Positions 47,415-57,364 of a DNA stretch of 64,000 nucleotides are shown one piece after another. Below the pieces are notes generated by a model. The model saw only the letters and a program-made list of their open reading frames with translations, was not told the origin of the DNA and ran no database searches. Position 1 is the first letter of the stretch; the number at the start of each line of letters is the position of its first letter. Source of the stretch: Terriglobia bacterium (GTDB taxonomy: Bacteria > Acidobacteriota > Terriglobia > JAJPHL01 > JAPKYU01); assembly GCA_965206645.1 (NCBI GenBank), contig CBDBKE010000001.1, forward strand, positions 87,380 through 151,379, read 5' to 3'. A program made the translations under genes and the position numbers.

Positions 47415-49973
47415 ATGGCGAAGAAAAAGGTCACGAAGAAAGCCAAGACGACGCGCTCGGCCAAGGCCACAAAGACAGCCAAGACAGCGCAGGCGGCTAA
47501 GGCCACAGGCGAAAGGAAAGCTGAAGAACCGCGCGTTGCCACTCGCGCCTCGGGCAGAGCGCTGGTAGTGGTGGAATCGCCCGCCAAGGCCAGGACCATC
47601 AACAAGTATCTGGGCCCCAAATTTCTAGTGAAAGCTTCGCTGGGCCACATCAAGGACTTGCCCAAGCGGACCCTGGGCGTCAACTTGGAGAAGGACTTCG
47701 AACCGGTCTACGAGGTGATCCCGACCAAGCAAAAGGTGGTCCAGGAATTGAAACAGGCGGCCCGGCAGGCTTCGGCGATTTACCTGGCGGCCGACCCGGA
47801 CCGCGAAGGGGAAGCGATCTGCGAGCACTTGGCCGAGGAACTGGGGAACCACAAGCCTGTCCACCGGGTGCTGTTTAACGAGATTACCCAAAAGGGAATC
47901 GAGCAGGCCTTCCGCAACCCCACTCAGATTGACGAGCGCCTGGTGGCGGCGCAGCAGGCCCGCCGGATCCTGGACCGCTTGGTCGGATACCAGATCAGCC
48001 CTCTGCTCTGGGACAGGGTGCGCCGAGGACTCTCGGCCGGGCGGGTGCAGTCGGTGGCCCTGCGGCTGGTTGTGGAGCGCGAGCGTGAAATCCGCGCTTT
48101 CCAGAAAAGGGAATACTGGACGATAGACGCGCACCTGCAAGCCAAGACCCCTCCGGTGTTCGATGCCCGGCTGGTCAAGCGGATCACCGGGGTCGGCGAA
48201 GACGGCCGGTTGCAACTTGCCGACTTGGAAATCTCCAACCAGGAACAATCGCAAGCGCTGGAGGAGTCGCTGCGCGCCGAGCCGTTTGTCGTCCACTCGG
48301 TCAGCCAGCGCGAGAAGCGTCGCCACTCGGTTCCCCCCTTCATCACCTCCAATCTGCAGCAGGAGGCGTCGCGCAAGCTGCGCTTCAGCGCCAAGCGCAC
48401 CATGATGCTGGCCCAGCGTCTCTACGAAGGCATGGAGCTGGGGCCGGAGGGCAGCGTCGGGCTGATCACCTACATGCGGACGGACTCGACCCGGGTAGGG
48501 GCCGACGCGTTAGCTGAGGCGCGCGAGTTCGCGCGGACGGAGTACGGCGCCGCCTACCTGCCAGCCGAGCCGGTGGTGTACAAGAGCAAGAAGGGCGCGC
48601 AGGACGCGCACGAAGCCATTCGGGCCACTTCGGTGCTGCGCACCCCAGATCTGATCGCCAAGTTCCTCGGTGAAGATGAGCTGAAGCTCTACCGCCTGAT
48701 CTGGCAGCGCTTCGTTGCCTCGCAGATGAACCCCGCAGTGTTTGACCATACCGCGATTGACGTGCGCGCTGCCGACTCCCTTTTCCGCGCCACCGGCTCG
48801 ATCCTCAAGTTCGACGGCTTCCGTAGAGTTTACGAGGAAGGCAAGGACGTTAAGGACGAGGAAGACGAGGAGATGAAACACAAGCTTCCGGTGGTCAGCC
48901 AGGGAGAGGTGCTGAAGGCGCTGAAGATCACCCCGGAGCAGCACTTTACCGAGCCGCCACCACGCTACAACGAGGCCACGTTGGTTAAGGAACTGGAGGA
49001 GAAGGGCATCGGTCGGCCTTCCACCTACGCCAACATCCTCAGCACCATCCAGGACCGGGAGTACGTCGAGAAGCGGCAGAACAAGTTTTTTCCCGCCGAG
49101 GTAGGCATGGTGGTGAGCGACCTGCTGGTGGAGCACTTCGGCGACATCTTTGATCTGCACTATACCGCGCGGATGGAAGAGGAGCTGGACGAGATCGAGG
49201 AGGGCAAGCTGGCCTGGCAGGAGGCGCTGCGCGGCTTTTACGGAAAGTTCGAAAAGGATCTGGAGTGCGCCCAGCGTGACATGAAGGACTTGAAGCGCCT
49301 GGAGCAGCCCACAGACCTGATCTGTGAACTGTGCGGCAAGCCGATGATCATCCGCTGGGGCCGGCATGGTCGCTTCATTGCTTGCACCGGCTATCCCGAG
49401 TGCACCTCGACACGCGAGCTGGCACCGGAGTTGTCCGACCCAGAGACGGCCGAGGTTTCCGAGGCCGGGACCGACCAGCACGGTTGCTGCGGCAACTGCG
49501 GGCGTCCCATGATTCTCAAACGCGGGCGCTTCGGCCAGTTCCTGGCTTGCACCGGCTACCCGGAGTGCAAAACCACTCGCCAGCTGGGGCAGGCGGAGAA
49601 GAAACCAGACGTACCGCTCGAGGAGAATTGCCCGCGCTGCAGCTCACAAATGGTGCTGCGGCACGGCCGCTACGGCGAGTTCACGGCGTGCAGCAAGTAT
49701 CCCAACTGCAAATACGTCAAGCCGAAGACCGTAGGCGTCGCTTGCCCGAAAACCGGCTGCGGCGGTGAAGTGGTCGAGCGGCGCTCCAAACGCGGCAAGA
49801 TCTTCTACGGATGCTCCCGCTACCCCGACTGCGACTTCGTCACCTGGAACCGTCCGCTGTCCGAACGCTGCCCACAGTGCGGTTCAAACTACCTGCTAGA
49901 AAAGACCACCAAAGCGCAGGGCACGATGAAAGTCTGCCCGAACGAGGAGTGCAGTTTTAAGGAAGCTGCCTGA
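47415..49973 (+). CDS. topA: DNA topoisomerase I with C-terminal zinc ribbons.
   Basis: A Lys-rich N-terminus, a TOPRIM domain (LVVVESPAKA) and C-terminal C4 zinc ribbons (CxxC...CxxC x4). Confidence 0.9.
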   Translation: MAKKKVTKKAKTTRSAKATKTAKTAQAAKATGERKAEEPRVATRASGRALVVVESPAKARTINKYLGPKFLVKASLGHIKDLPKRTLGVNLEKDFEPVYEVIPTKQKVVQELKQAARQASAIYLAADPDREGEAICEHLAEELGNHKPVHRVLFNEITQKGIEQAFRNPTQIDERLVAAQQARRILDRLVGYQISPLLWDRVRRGLSAGRVQSVALRLVVEREREIRAFQKREYWTIDAHLQAKTPPVFDARLVKRITGVGEDGRLQLADLEISNQEQSQALEESLRAEPFVVHSVSQREKRRHSVPPFITSNLQQEASRKLRFSAKRTMMLAQRLYEGMELGPEGSVGLITYMRTDSTRVGADALAEAREFARTEYGAAYLPAEPVVYKSKKGAQDAHEAIRATSVLRTPDLIAKFLGEDELKLYRLIWQRFVASQMNPAVFDHTAIDVRAADSLFRATGSILKFDGFRRVYEEGKDVKDEEDEEMKHKLPVVSQGEVLKALKITPEQHFTEPPPRYNEATLVKELEEKGIGRPSTYANILSTIQDREYVEKRQNKFFPAEVGMVVSDLLVEHFGDIFDLHYTARMEEELDEIEEGKLAWQEALRGFYGKFEKDLECAQRDMKDLKRLEQPTDLICELCGKPMIIRWGRHGRFIACTGYPECTSTRELAPELSDPETAEVSEAGTDQHGCCGNCGRPMILKRGRFGQFLACTGYPECKTTRQLGQAEKKPDVPLEENCPRCSSQMVLRHGRYGEFTACSKYPNCKYVKPKTVGVACPKTGCGGEVVERRSKRGKIFYGCSRYPDCDFVTWNRPLSERCPQCGSNYLLEKTTKAQGTMKVCPNEECSFKEAA

Positions 49974-50026
49974 CGCCTAGCTTTCCCTGCCTGCCCATTG
50001 CTGGTAGGACTGCTAGAACTGCCTCG

Positions 50027-52255
50027 TCACTCACGTAAACGATTCTGAAGGGCCTCTAACATGGGCCCGGAAGCGCCCAGTGACTGCGCTTGCTGCAGCG
50101 CTGCCAGTGCCTGCGCAGTTCGTCCCTGCCCGGTATAAAACTCCGCTAGCATCAGATGCAACTGTGCATTGCTCGGGAAAGCCTCCACGGCAGCCCGTAG
50201 CGAACCCTCCGTTCCGGTAGCGTCTCCGAGCGCAAATTTCGCCCGGGCCTCTCCCACGTGGACCGCCGCCACGAAAGCCGCCCCGAGAATGTAGCGAGCG
50301 GCCTCCGCGTGACGGGACCGCAAAGCGCGCTCAAACCAAACGAGCGCCTGCCGCGGCTGCCCGAGCGCCAGCCTGCTTTCCGCGATCAAGCGGTAGGCCT
50401 CGTGGGGGAGGGCGCCCGTCCGCGTGGCCCGCTCCAGGGCCCGGATAGCTTCCTTGTGTCGTCCCGCTTCCCGTTCGAGGAACCCAAGGGTAAACCAGAC
50501 GCGGCTGCTTCCCGGCAAGGCGGTGCCCGCTAGCAGCTCGCGCCGGGCCTCTGCTGGTTTCCTTAACGCCGCCAGAATCAATCCCGCCTGAACAAACAGC
50601 TCGGGATCACCCGCGAAATCTCTTCGTGCCTGCTCAACCGCCGCCCAGGCTTCCGTATGGCGACCCAGTTCAAAATAGAGCCTGGCCGCCTGTCGGTGGA
50701 AAACATATGCCGGTTCGCCAGGGAGTGGAGCCGGAAGGATCACCTGGTTGCAACTCTTTCCCAGCCTTTCGGTCCAGGGCCGGGTGGCAGGTCCGTCACG
50801 CAAGAAGACAGCCGAAACCGCATCCAGATAAACCAGATGGACGTTGGGAGTCTCACAGAACCTGCGAAGCGGCTCGCGGTTCCATCCGATGCCCAGGAAC
50901 ACCGTCTGGATGCCCCAGCGATCGGCGAACGCTTGCCATTCCGGCGAATCTAGCGGGAGCCGCAGAGCGCCTGCATGTTCTCGCACCAGTTCGGTGCCGA
51001 AAGGAACGGTACGTCCGTCAATGAAGACGGGGTAGCCGTGGCCCAGCTTCCAGCTCAGGTAATCTCCTGAAGGCAGATCGTGCAGCAGGCGGCCCGGGAG
51101 TTGCTCTCTCAGTACAAACTCTGCTGCCCGCTCCGGAAACACGTAGGAGAGCCCAGCGCCGAAGGTGGCTTGGGTTCCGCGGCTAAAGTAATAGCGATTG
51201 CTGGCTAGGTCGGAGACGCGTACGGCGGTAAGAAAGACCAACGCTAAAACAGCAGCCCACCGCAAGCCGCGGCGAACCTGGGCGCCGGCGACCAGTCCGG
51301 GAGCGCAAGCGGCCACCGTCATCGCCAGCAACACCTGAAAGCGCTGTGAATAAAGAGAGGTTGCAGCGACTCCCGCAAGCAAGACCACCAAATCCCACCT
51401 TTTTCCCCATAGCCCCCAGCAAGCAGCCACCAAACCTACGAAGAGAAGCACCCAGTAGGCCCCACTCGGGTCACGCCATTCCAACAGCTCCTCAAGCCGC
51501 CACCAGCTCCAGGACGAAGGCCACCATTCAATTACTAATCTTTGATGCAGCCAATGTTGCTGCGCCTGTCGCCAAGGAATCTTCCAGACCCCGGGACCAA
51601 ATGGGTTCAGGAAAGTGGCTAAAAGGCACAGGACGCCGATATATGCCAGCTTTCGCACCCGGGCCCCAGTCAAGCATGCCCCCACCAGAAACAACGCTAT
51701 TAATCCGAAGCCGGCGAGAAAGCCGGGGTGTAAATTGACCCAGATCCCCATGAGCAGGGGCAACAGCCACAGGTGTTTCTCTGCCACTCCACGGAACAAC
51801 AGGACGAGGAAAAGCGCAAAAAACAGAATGGTGAACATTTCCGCCCGAGCGACCGTGCGCATGGCAATCTGGGGAACAGCGAGACCCACCAACGCAGCCG
51901 CCAGCACCCCGGGGCGAACAGCCAGCAGTGTCGCGGTCGTAGCCGCGCAGGTGACGAGGCCAGACAACGAAACCGCGACATAGCCGCCCAGGCAGTAAAG
52001 GCCGTAGGAAAGCAAACCCGCCCCCGGCGGGTACATCCAGGGCTGTCCCGTAGCGGTGTAGGAGAAGACGTCAAGGCGGGCAATGTTGCCGGTTTCCACC
52101 AGATACCGCGCGTCGCGAAGCTGCCAGAACAGATCGTGGCTGGAGATGGTGCGGAAGCCAGCCATTGCCGCGTAAATCACCACCGCCGCAGCCCCCAGCA
52201 AGGCGGGCCGGTCCGCAGCCGTCAGAAGTCGCACCGCAGTGCTGAGCATCTTCAT
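50027..52255 (-). CDS. Polytopic membrane protein with C-terminal TPR repeats. The architecture is GT-C/TMTC-like, so it is a putative protein or glycan glycosyltransferase.
   Basis: About 11 TM helices in the N-terminal 450 aa and a C-terminal TPR block. Confidence 0.5.
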   Translation of the reverse strand: MKMLSTAVRLLTAADRPALLGAAAVVIYAAMAGFRTISSHDLFWQLRDARYLVETGNIARLDVFSYTATGQPWMYPPGAGLLSYGLYCLGGYVAVSLSGLVTCAATTATLLAVRPGVLAAALVGLAVPQIAMRTVARAEMFTILFFALFLVLLFRGVAEKHLWLLPLLMGIWVNLHPGFLAGFGLIALFLVGACLTGARVRKLAYIGVLCLLATFLNPFGPGVWKIPWRQAQQHWLHQRLVIEWWPSSWSWWRLEELLEWRDPSGAYWVLLFVGLVAACWGLWGKRWDLVVLLAGVAATSLYSQRFQVLLAMTVAACAPGLVAGAQVRRGLRWAAVLALVFLTAVRVSDLASNRYYFSRGTQATFGAGLSYVFPERAAEFVLREQLPGRLLHDLPSGDYLSWKLGHGYPVFIDGRTVPFGTELVREHAGALRLPLDSPEWQAFADRWGIQTVFLGIGWNREPLRRFCETPNVHLVYLDAVSAVFLRDGPATRPWTERLGKSCNQVILPAPLPGEPAYVFHRQAARLYFELGRHTEAWAAVEQARRDFAGDPELFVQAGLILAALRKPAEARRELLAGTALPGSSRVWFTLGFLEREAGRHKEAIRALERATRTGALPHEAYRLIAESRLALGQPRQALVWFERALRSRHAEAARYILGAAFVAAVHVGEARAKFALGDATGTEGSLRAAVEAFPSNAQLHLMLAEFYTGQGRTAQALAALQQAQSLGASGPMLEALQNRLRE

Positions 52256-52273
52256 TGAGTCCCGACTTTTTCG

Positions 52274-53743
52274 TTAAGGCGTCAGGCCCCGTTCGCTGTC
52301 TGGTTCGCTGTGAATCGTGAGGCGAAACACGCCGGGCAAGGCGCGCTTGAATTGCGTCTCCAGGTCGGCGGTGACTTCGTGCACACGGGTAATGGGCAGA
52401 TTGCCGTTCATGGTGCAATGGCAGGAAACGTAGAGGCGGTTGCGAACCGACCGGACCAGGATTTCGTGGCAATCCAGAATCTCCGGAAATTGGGCGGCGA
52501 TTTCCCGCAGCCGCTGTTCGATACTGCCATGCTCCTCCACGACCAGGCGCCCGAACTCCACCTGCGCTCCTTCGTCCTCGATGTGGGTATTAATGGTGGT
52601 GACCTCGGGGGCTTCGCGCAGGATCTCGGTCTCAACGCGGCTGACCAGCTCGTGGGCCTGGCGGAGGGTGTGGCGATCGCTCACCTCCAGGTGCAGTTCC
52701 AGGTGGCGATTGCCGGCGATGTCGTGTGCTGCCAGCTCGTGCACGAACAGGTTGTGCCGCGCAGCCACTGCTTTCACTTTTTCGAACAGGCTGCCCGAGG
52801 GGGGCGGGCGTGGCTCGGTGTGGATCATGATGTCGGAATGGGGCAGCGTTTGCTGGATTCGCTCCTCGACGGCGTCGGCAATGGCCTCGACCTGCTCAAA
52901 CGGAAGCGAGCGTTCCACGGCAATGATGGTGTCAACAAAGTAGCGGTTGCCGGCGCGGCGAACCCGCAGCCGTTCGCAAGCCAGCACTCCCTTCACTTGG
53001 CGGACCTGAGCCACCAGTTCGGCCCGCACGCCCCGGGGGGCGGCATCCAACAGGGCGTCCATTGTGCGCTTGCCCAGTTGCAGGCCGATATAGGCAACGA
53101 TGCCACTGACGCCGATAGCCGCCAGCGGGTCGGCCACCATCAGCTCAGGCATGCCGTAGCGGCGTCCGGCCCAGACCAGCGTCAGCCCGAAGATCACCAC
53201 CAGGGAACTCCACACGTCGGTCGAAAAATGCAGGGCGTCGGCCTCCAGGGCTTGGCTCTCGTACTTGCGGGCCGTGCGCTGCAACGCCCGGGAGCGGTTG
53301 TAGTCCACCACCACGGAAAGGAACATCACCCCGAAAGCCCACACGGAAGGCTCAATTTCCACATTCTGGTGAAGCAGCCGCCGAACCGCCTCCACCACAA
53401 TCCAGACGCAGGTCAGCAGCAACAGCCCGGTTTGCAGAAAGGCGGAAAAGTTCTCGATTTTCTGGTGGCCGTATTGATGCTCTGCATCGGCGGGCTTGTC
53501 GGAAACGCGCACCGATACGAAGGTGATGACGGCCGCCATCAGGTCCAGAGCAGAATGGGCCGCTTCCGACAAGACGCCCAGGCTTCCGGTGCGGAATCCG
53601 ACCACCACCTTCAGGGCTGTGATGACGGTGGCCGCCAGGATGGAGCGGAACGCGACACGGCGTTTTTCCCTCTGCTGCTGGCTCAGCGCAAGCGCCGTGT
53701 CGGCGGGCGTGGCCGTTGCGCCGTACGGTCGAAGCATAGGCAT
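52274..53743 (-). CDS. Cation diffusion facilitator (CDF) family transporter with three tandem C-terminal cytoplasmic (ZT_dimer-like) domains.
   Basis: Six TM helices with HxxxD sites. Three successive C-terminal domain-like segments each end in ...IH(T/S)EP. Confidence 0.7.
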   Translation of the reverse strand: MPMLRPYGATATPADTALALSQQQREKRRVAFRSILAATVITALKVVVGFRTGSLGVLSEAAHSALDLMAAVITFVSVRVSDKPADAEHQYGHQKIENFSAFLQTGLLLLTCVWIVVEAVRRLLHQNVEIEPSVWAFGVMFLSVVVDYNRSRALQRTARKYESQALEADALHFSTDVWSSLVVIFGLTLVWAGRRYGMPELMVADPLAAIGVSGIVAYIGLQLGKRTMDALLDAAPRGVRAELVAQVRQVKGVLACERLRVRRAGNRYFVDTIIAVERSLPFEQVEAIADAVEERIQQTLPHSDIMIHTEPRPPPSGSLFEKVKAVAARHNLFVHELAAHDIAGNRHLELHLEVSDRHTLRQAHELVSRVETEILREAPEVTTINTHIEDEGAQVEFGRLVVEEHGSIEQRLREIAAQFPEILDCHEILVRSVRNRLYVSCHCTMNGNLPITRVHEVTADLETQFKRALPGVFRLTIHSEPDSERGLTP

Positions 53744-53931
53744 GGCTGCGCGCTATGCCGCGCGCTATGCTATGATAAGCCATTGCGCGCGAGGGTTCGT
53801 TGGTCGGTTTGCCTTCTCGATCAGGCCCTTTCGTCCTGTAGGGTCTCGCCTGCCGGTAGGGTTCCGCCTGAAAGATACCCGGCACCCTGGCTTTCGAGAC
53901 TAAATGTGAAAAGGAATGCGAGGGAAGTCTC

Positions 53932-55101
53932 ATGTATCTAAAGAAAAGGTATGTGACGGCAACGTGGGTGGCGGCGGGAGTATTGGGCGTGGGGTTGTTG
54001 GCCCAGGAGCCGGCCCCGGCTGGCAAGCCCAAGCCAGCTGTGCAGGCTCAGCCGGCCACGCCGTCCAATCCTGCCAAAAGCTCGCAGACAGTTCCACCCG
54101 CTAGCCCGGCGGCGCCGTCCAGCAAGGCGCCCTCCAGCAAGGACACGGTAGGTCCCGATGAAGTTGTGCTCACCATTGGTCCAGAAGAAATCACCCGGTC
54201 GCGTTTCGAGCTGATCAAGCAAGGCCTGCCGCCTCAGTACGGGCGTTTGGTGCAACAGTGGGGAGATAGATTATTTGCCAATAACTACGCGGCGTTTCGC
54301 GGCTTGGCGCTGCTGGCCAAGCAAGAGAAGCTGGATCAGACCCCCCAGTTCAAAGGGCAGATTCAGTTTATGAGAGTCCAGTTGCTGGCGAGTCTGGCCG
54401 TCCAACGCCTTCAGGCTAAAGCTCAGCAGATCACCAAAGAGGAAGTGAAGGACTACTACGACGAGCATCGGGCCGAGTTTGAGCAAGCCAAGGTGAAAAG
54501 TATCTTCGTAGCTTTCAAGCCTCAGGCTAAGCCTGCCGCCGTCGCTTCTGCCACCGAGCAGGAGGCGCCCAAGCCGCGGACTGAGCAGCAAGCCCTTGCC
54601 CGCGCCGAAGAGCTACGCGAGCAGCTGTTGGCTGGAGCCGATTTTTCAGCTCTCGCCAAAGCCCATTCCGATCACAAGGAGAGCGCACAAAAGGGCGGGG
54701 ACCTTGGCACCGTCCGCAAGAACCAGCTTCCCGCCAGTTTGGCGAAGGTCATCTTCAGCCTGAAGCCGAACCAGATCAGCGAGCCGGTCAAGGAAGGCCA
54801 GGGATACTACATATTGCAGACACAAGAAATACGAGCGGTTACCCTGAATGAGGCCGATGCGACCATCCGCGGCACCCGCCAGCAGGAGAAGTTTCTTCAG
54901 GCTATGGAGCAGGTGAAGAAAGAATTCCCGCTGGTGTTGAACGAAAAGTTTTTCGGCCCGCAGGCAACGCAGTCGCCAACCCCGGGAACTGCCCGCCCGG
55001 TGATTACCGGTGTCGCACCGGCCAAACCGGGAAGCGTGGCAAACCCAGCCCTGGATGCCAAAACGGCGCCGGCTCCAAAACCCAAACCGGAAAAGAAATG
55101 A
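53932..55101 (+). CDS. Periplasmic parvulin-type peptidyl-prolyl isomerase (SurA/PpiD-like chaperone).
   Basis: Signal peptide, a SurA-like N-terminal chaperone region and a PpiC/parvulin domain (ADFSALAKAHSDHKESAQKGGDLGTV). Confidence 0.7.
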   Translation: MYLKKRYVTATWVAAGVLGVGLLAQEPAPAGKPKPAVQAQPATPSNPAKSSQTVPPASPAAPSSKAPSSKDTVGPDEVVLTIGPEEITRSRFELIKQGLPPQYGRLVQQWGDRLFANNYAAFRGLALLAKQEKLDQTPQFKGQIQFMRVQLLASLAVQRLQAKAQQITKEEVKDYYDEHRAEFEQAKVKSIFVAFKPQAKPAAVASATEQEAPKPRTEQQALARAEELREQLLAGADFSALAKAHSDHKESAQKGGDLGTVRKNQLPASLAKVIFSLKPNQISEPVKEGQGYYILQTQEIRAVTLNEADATIRGTRQQEKFLQAMEQVKKEFPLVLNEKFFGPQATQSPTPGTARPVITGVAPAKPGSVANPALDAKTAPAPKPKPEKK

Positions 55102-55315
55102 CTGGAGTTGTGTTCGAGAGGGCGTGGCTTCCAGGAGATGATGCATGGTGCAGGTGAGGTCTGGATCTCAAAAGTGATGGGCGAGATGAGGAAGTTGGCG
55201 GCGGGCCCGTGAAACCTGGCAATTCTGCCAAAATACAGTCGCTGAGGCGAACAAACAGGATGCTGGACACAGAAACTGGGGTTTGTGAACGCAGAGCAGC
55301 CGGCCAGCTCGCCCT

Positions 55316-55747
55316 CTATTCGGGCTTCTTCTTCTCTGACTCGGGTTTCTTCTCCAGCTCGGGCGGTTCGTGAGCCGATACCTGTCGCTTCTTGGGCCGC
55401 TCCAGCTTTATCTTCACGGTGTGCTCTTCGCCGCGGATCTCGAAAATTTCACCGGCAGTCCGGTAAGCGGGGGCAATCACCTGTACGCGCACTTTGCCGG
55501 AGGGAATCTCCGGGAATTCCACCAATCCCCGCCGGTTGGTCTTGCTATTCCACTCGCGGCGCAAGTCCTTACGGAGTATACGCGCGGTGATGAAGTTCAC
55601 CGTAACCGAAGCCTGGTGAACCGGCCGTTTGCTAGTGGCGTCGCGCACGTCAATCGTCAGAATGGTGTACTGGGTGTCGGCCGCAAGCGGGTTCCACAGG
55701 ACAAGCGGCAATAGAAAAAGGGCGGCAGCAAGCATTCTCACCTTCAT
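55316..55747 (-). CDS. Small secreted protein with a carboxypeptidase-regulatory-like (CarbopepD_reg) fold and a Lys/Glu-rich tail.
   Basis: Signal peptide. YTILTIDVRDATSKRPVHQASVTV is a CarbopepD_reg-like beta sandwich. Confidence 0.45.
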   Translation of the reverse strand: MKVRMLAAALFLLPLVLWNPLAADTQYTILTIDVRDATSKRPVHQASVTVNFITARILRKDLRREWNSKTNRRGLVEFPEIPSGKVRVQVIAPAYRTAGEIFEIRGEEHTVKIKLERPKKRQVSAHEPPELEKKPESEKKKPE

Positions 55748-55844
55748 AACCTCCTATTCTAGTCCAAGACAGCCCCGTTCCGGTAGACACTTCGGACGGC
55801 GCACTTCGGTCTCCGAACTCTGGAGTTGTGATACTTTTCCAGCT

Positions 55845-56990
55845 ATGGGTTTTGCCACCGACGCGATTCATTGCGGGCAAGAGCCCGACCCGGCCACCGG
55901 CGCCATTGTTCCTCCCATCTACCAGACCTCCACCTTCGTGCAGGAAGCTCTGGGACGGCACAAGGGATATGAGTACGCCCGCTCCAGCAACCCGACGAGG
56001 CGCGCACTGGAACGGAACCTGGCGGCGCTGGAGGGGGGAGCGGTCGGGCTGGCCTTCGCCTCGGGCATGGCGGCCATCCACGCGCTGCTGAGCTTGTTTG
56101 GCCACGGCGACCACGTCCTGTGCTCCCGCCGGGTTTACGGCGGAGTGCCCCGCCTGTTCCGCCGAGTTCTGGCCCGCTCCGGGCTGGAGTTTAGCTACGC
56201 GGACACGGCCTGCCTGGAAGAGGTGGAAACCGCCATCCGCCCCAACACGCGCCTGCTCTATATTGAGACGCCGGCCAACCCGCTGATGACCTTGACCGAC
56301 ATCGCGGCGGCTGCTGAGCTGGCCCATGCCCGTGGCCTGCTGCTGGGGGTGGACAACACCTTCATGACTCCCTACTTCCAGCGTCCGCTGGCTCTGGGCG
56401 CCGATGTCGTGGTGCATTCCACCACCAAGTACTTGAACGGACACAGTGACGGGGTGGGCGGCGCCGTGGTCTTCGCCGCCAGCCAGCAAGATCGCGCCCG
56501 GCAGCTCGGTCTCATCCAGAGCACGGCTGGCGCCATTCTTGGCCCGTTCGACTGCTGGCTGGTGCTGCGCGGCGTCAAAACCCTGGCCGTGCGCATGCGG
56601 CAGCACAACGAAAACGGCGTGGCCGTGGCCACCTGGCTGAGTCAGCAGCCGAAGGTGCTCCGGGTATATTATCCAGGCTTGTCCAGCCATTCGCAGTACG
56701 AGCTGGCCCGACGCCAGATGAGCGGCTTCGGAGGCATGATAGCGTTCGACATGGGCTCGCTGGAGGCAGCGCGGCGCCAGCTGGCCGGTCTGCGCCTATG
56801 TTCCTTGGCGGAGAGCCTGGGAGGTGTCGAGACGCTCATCTCCCATCCGGCCAGCATGTCGCACGCCGGTTTGAGCCCGGAGGAGCGTGCCCAGATGGGT
56901 ATTAGCGAGGGGTTGCTTCGCCTCTCGGTCGGGATCGAGGACGTAGAGGACATTCTGGGTGATCTGGAGAACGCCCTGCAAGCAACCTGA
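55845..56990 (+). CDS. Cys/Met-metabolism PLP-dependent enzyme (cystathionine gamma-synthase/beta-lyase/gamma-lyase family).
   Basis: MGFATDAIHCGQEPDPATGA... and the PLP lysine region HSTTKYLNGHSD. The start is set at the ATG at 55845. Confidence 0.8.
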   Translation: MGFATDAIHCGQEPDPATGAIVPPIYQTSTFVQEALGRHKGYEYARSSNPTRRALERNLAALEGGAVGLAFASGMAAIHALLSLFGHGDHVLCSRRVYGGVPRLFRRVLARSGLEFSYADTACLEEVETAIRPNTRLLYIETPANPLMTLTDIAAAAELAHARGLLLGVDNTFMTPYFQRPLALGADVVVHSTTKYLNGHSDGVGGAVVFAASQQDRARQLGLIQSTAGAILGPFDCWLVLRGVKTLAVRMRQHNENGVAVATWLSQQPKVLRVYYPGLSSHSQYELARRQMSGFGGMIAFDMGSLEAARRQLAGLRLCSLAESLGGVETLISHPASMSHAGLSPEERAQMGISEGLLRLSVGIEDVEDILGDLENALQAT

Positions 56991-57023
56991 GCAAGGGTGA
57001 GTTGGGATACCCATGCCCGGATT

Positions 57024-57350
57024 CTACTCGGATTTGCGCAGGGAATCCCCCAGCCAGGTCATGTAGTTGGGCGATCCCTCAAGGATGGGAACACAGAGCA
57101 CTTCGGGGACGCGGTAGCTGTGAAGGCGCTCGACTTCGGCGCGGACGGCGGCAAACAAGCTTCGGCTGGTCTTGATGACCAGCAGCGACTCCGGGTCGTC
57201 CTGGATCTTGCCTTCCCAGCGGTAGAAGGAGCGAATCTGCGGAACCAGGTTTACGCAGGCGGCCAGGCGTTTCTCGACCAAGGCGCGGGCGATTTTCTTG
57301 CTTTCGTCGGTGTCGCCGCTGGTCACATAAATAACCACTTTGTCGGTCAC
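57024..57350 (-). CDS. cutA: Divalent-cation tolerance protein CutA.
   Basis: VVIYVTSGDTDESKKIARALVEKRLAACVNLVPQIRSFYRWEGKIQ is the CutA1 signature. Confidence 0.8.
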   Translation of the reverse strand: MTDKVVIYVTSGDTDESKKIARALVEKRLAACVNLVPQIRSFYRWEGKIQDDPESLLVIKTSRSLFAAVRAEVERLHSYRVPEVLCVPILEGSPNYMTWLGDSLRKSE

Positions 57351-57364
57351 ACCGACATACTACC

